A stretch of 64,000 nt of DNA, taken from Psilocybe cubensis. Taxonomy: Eukaryota. Position 1 is the first letter of the stretch. Every line of letters begins with the position of its first letter. The position numbers and the translations under genes are program-made. This document shows, piece after piece, positions 61,494 to 64,000 of the stretch. The notes under the pieces are model-generated. The model was not told the origin of the DNA and ran no database searches. It worked only from the letters and a program-made list of their open reading frames with translations. The stretch covers positions 310,001 through 374,000 of the forward strand of contig CM039000.1 in the NCBI GenBank assembly GCA_017499595.2, read 5' to 3'.

Positions 61494-63521
61494 TCGCGGT
61501 GTGGACTTGGATGGAATGCCGCCAATGCCGAATTTTGGCTTAACTGAAAACTTCCAATAAGTGCGTTCATAGCCATTAGGCTGAAATGAAAAGTTGACCA
61601 TATCTTGCTCTCTTACTATAGGTATTGTAACATGTTTTTCATTCTTCCGTTGCAGAGAATTGTTTCCAAGAAACAACTTACAAAAGGACTTTACCAAAAA
61701 CTCAATTTATGATTCTATCACTGGCTTGGCCAGTGTCCTGGAATGCTTTAATGAAAGATGAGAAAATGTCTGTAGCTAACACTCGTAAACATGACATTAA
61801 CGTGTGGAATTTATCGTAAATTATTAGGCGCTGATATGTCGCCGTTGCATTTGACCAATACGACGATTTTTATAGATGCTGGACTCGTATTCGGCATACT
61901 TTCCCCCAATGTCATAAAGAACCAAGCACTGAACGGGGGTCATGGGCAGTCGGAAGGAGGTAAAATGAGCATCATGATAGCTGCTCGTCAAGGAAGTGTG
62001 GTCAAAAGCCAAGTGCGGCACCGGAGAATTGTACAGTAAGAGTACCTGCAGTTTGATCTGCACCAGACATTGATTCCACCGCGAAAAACAGTCCATGTCA
62101 ACAAACACACCTCCAAATATACCAACGCGGCGATTGATTATACGTTTTTGTCGACACTGAACTCGTATTTAACTTACACATCCCCAGCTGACATTCAAAA
62201 CCTGGATAAAGGCCATGAAAGCAACACGTAGGATCATGAAACTTCTCGACTCCGATTGAGACTTGTTGGTTGTCAGGACCTTTGTAACAGTATCGTTTGA
62301 CTAACATGCCTGCACTGGGGCTTGAGGTATAAGTAATGGAACAACGACGAGCGAAACCAACAGCTTGAAAAACTACTTGTCAAGGCAATCAAGGGTATGA
62401 GGGACGAATCAGGTCAAGCAGGTTGGGGTCAGGAGAAATTGGCATGGAGGGAGACGAGCAGCATGATAGCTGCTTGTTAACGCGTTGAGAAGGGTGAGGA
62501 AGGCTTCGAATCTATATTCCAAAGTTCCCAAGTCAGGGTGCTAAGCCTCTAGCGAAAGTTGCGAGTCCACAATCTCGAGGTCTTTAAGCCTGGGCTTGCG
62601 ACGATTGATGGAGGAAAGACGAGTAATAATCTTCCCTATGGTAAATTTTACACACGACGACTGAGGGTATCGGAGAATTCCTCAGGAAAATTAGATCCTG
62701 CTAAAAGTTTTATAACTTGAATGGATGACAAACTGAAAATAACTTTTGTCAAAAGATCATCAGTATGCAAATGTAAGCCTGCCCCGCCTCAGACTTACCT
62801 CTTTGACTGGTTATATCTAGACGCGTAGATGACGCTTTACCGCACACCTTCCCGCACCTTCGTTCCTTGTCTCTTACCCCACGGAACGAAGTTACGTAGT
62901 TATACTCATTGCATCTATTGTACGGTCTCTTACCACTCGGAACAAAGACATTGTTGTCCTGTCTTTCCAGATTTCCTGAGTCCAACCTACTGCTAGTGAG
63001 GCTGCCTTTACCATGAGTTATCAGCCAAGAAAATGAATGATTGTTTTCACTTTTGATATACTACAAAGTAATCGCTTCTTAAAGTCCATTTTTAACATCT
63101 ACTTGCGATAAATTTAGATTAGGGGCCAGTTGGGGCTGGCACTGTCTTCGAAGAATAAAAGCTCAAAGAATCTCACAGTCAACAATTATCCAATGACGCA
63201 CGTTCTAGTGCCTAGAACGAGCCTTTCGGCCGGTTTAATGTAAAATTTGATCAAACAATTGACTTGTAAAGAACCCGAACGGCATCAATGTGTTATCACG
63301 ATGATATACTAATAGGTCACAATGGCGGGAATTCGGGGGGTACCTTGTATGACGATCAGATCAAGCCAAAAGCTTTGGGATTGCGTGAGGTTGCCAATCC
63401 TTTATCAAGGCCATCTTCCAAGTCATTGTTCATTCCCCCAAACCAACTTGGAACACCATCCAACACAATGCCCGAAAGCACACACGTACCCAAGCTACGA
63501 CTCCACCATGGCTCCTCTGCA

Positions 63522-64000
63522 ATGGCCATCGCTCAATTAGAAGCGACAGAATGCGCCAAAAAGTTGTCATACGAGCCTGTCACAATCCATGCTCATCCTG
63601 GTACCGACCTTTGGCGTAAACCACCTCACACAGACATCGACAACGCCCCTATCTGTCTAATTTCAGCCCCTATCGACCTACACAAGTTCCACACCGCGCG
63701 TGTCACCGTCAGCGCCAACTGGAGCTCTCTCTACGACCAGGGAGGGCTTGCTTTGTTCATTCCTGATGAAGATCTTACCAAGTGGGTCAAAACCGGCATC
63801 GAGTACGTCTGGGGGAAACCCTTCGTGGGCACCGTCGCCACGAGCCGATGGAGCGATTGGTCGCTCGTGCCTCTCCCTGAGAGCGCTGGAGGAAAAATCA
63901 CCATCCAGGTTGAACGCGAGACGAAGGGCAACGATAGAGTCGAGAGCTTGTGGGTGTACCTTGTCAACGATGAAACCGGGGAGAAATTGGGTATCAGGGA
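63522..64000 (+). CDS. DUF1349-like (concanavalin-A-like fold) protein, truncated by window end
   Basis: Open frame to the edge: HPGTDLWRKPP...NAP...ARVTVSANWSSLYDQGGL...KWVKTGIEY...VGTVATSRWSDWSL; absent from the ORF track, presumably because no stop is included. Confidence 0.87.
   Translation, partial: MAIAQLEATECAKKLSYEPVTIHAHPGTDLWRKPPHTDIDNAPICLISAPIDLHKFHTARVTVSANWSSLYDQGGLALFIPDEDLTKWVKTGIEYVWGKPFVGTVATSRWSDWSLVPLPESAGGKITIQVERETKGNDRVESLWVYLVNDETGEKLGIR

Noticed and set aside
61700-63400. Possible minus-strand spliced gene between RAD7 and the DUF1349-like gene
   Set aside because: Some splice-like sites are present but no consistent open frame or recognisable motif could be assembled

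Overview
Eukaryotic DNA from an intron-rich fungus (mostly 50-80 nt GT-AG introns; gene families typical of an Agaricomycete, probably Agaricales). About 21 protein genes can be supported. They include a C2-domain protein, a full-length ABCB/MDR transporter, a Rap1-type Myb protein, a Vba/DHA2-type MFS transporter, an F-box/LRR protein, SUV3, ATG15, a P-loop GTPase, two tandem double-GFA/Mss4 proteins, two DUF6593-like proteins, eIF2A, a GNAT, RAD7 and a window-truncated DUF1349-like gene. The main structural feature is a ~4.4 kb inverted duplication (12097-16517 and 44641-49057, roughly 90% identical by eye) bracketing ~28 kb of ordinary genes. Each copy holds an intact nine-exon, ~745 aa gene that the ORF track fragments, and all eight introns are phase 0. 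A distant third member of the family lies at 51576-52566. Other signals not in the ORF track: a small five-exon gene (42225-42891), a decayed tandem duplication (~39630-40490) and long hairpins in the first two eIF2A introns. No transposase, rRNA, convincing tRNA or CRISPR array was found. Gene models and alignments were made by eye, and DUF/Pfam names are recalled, not searched.
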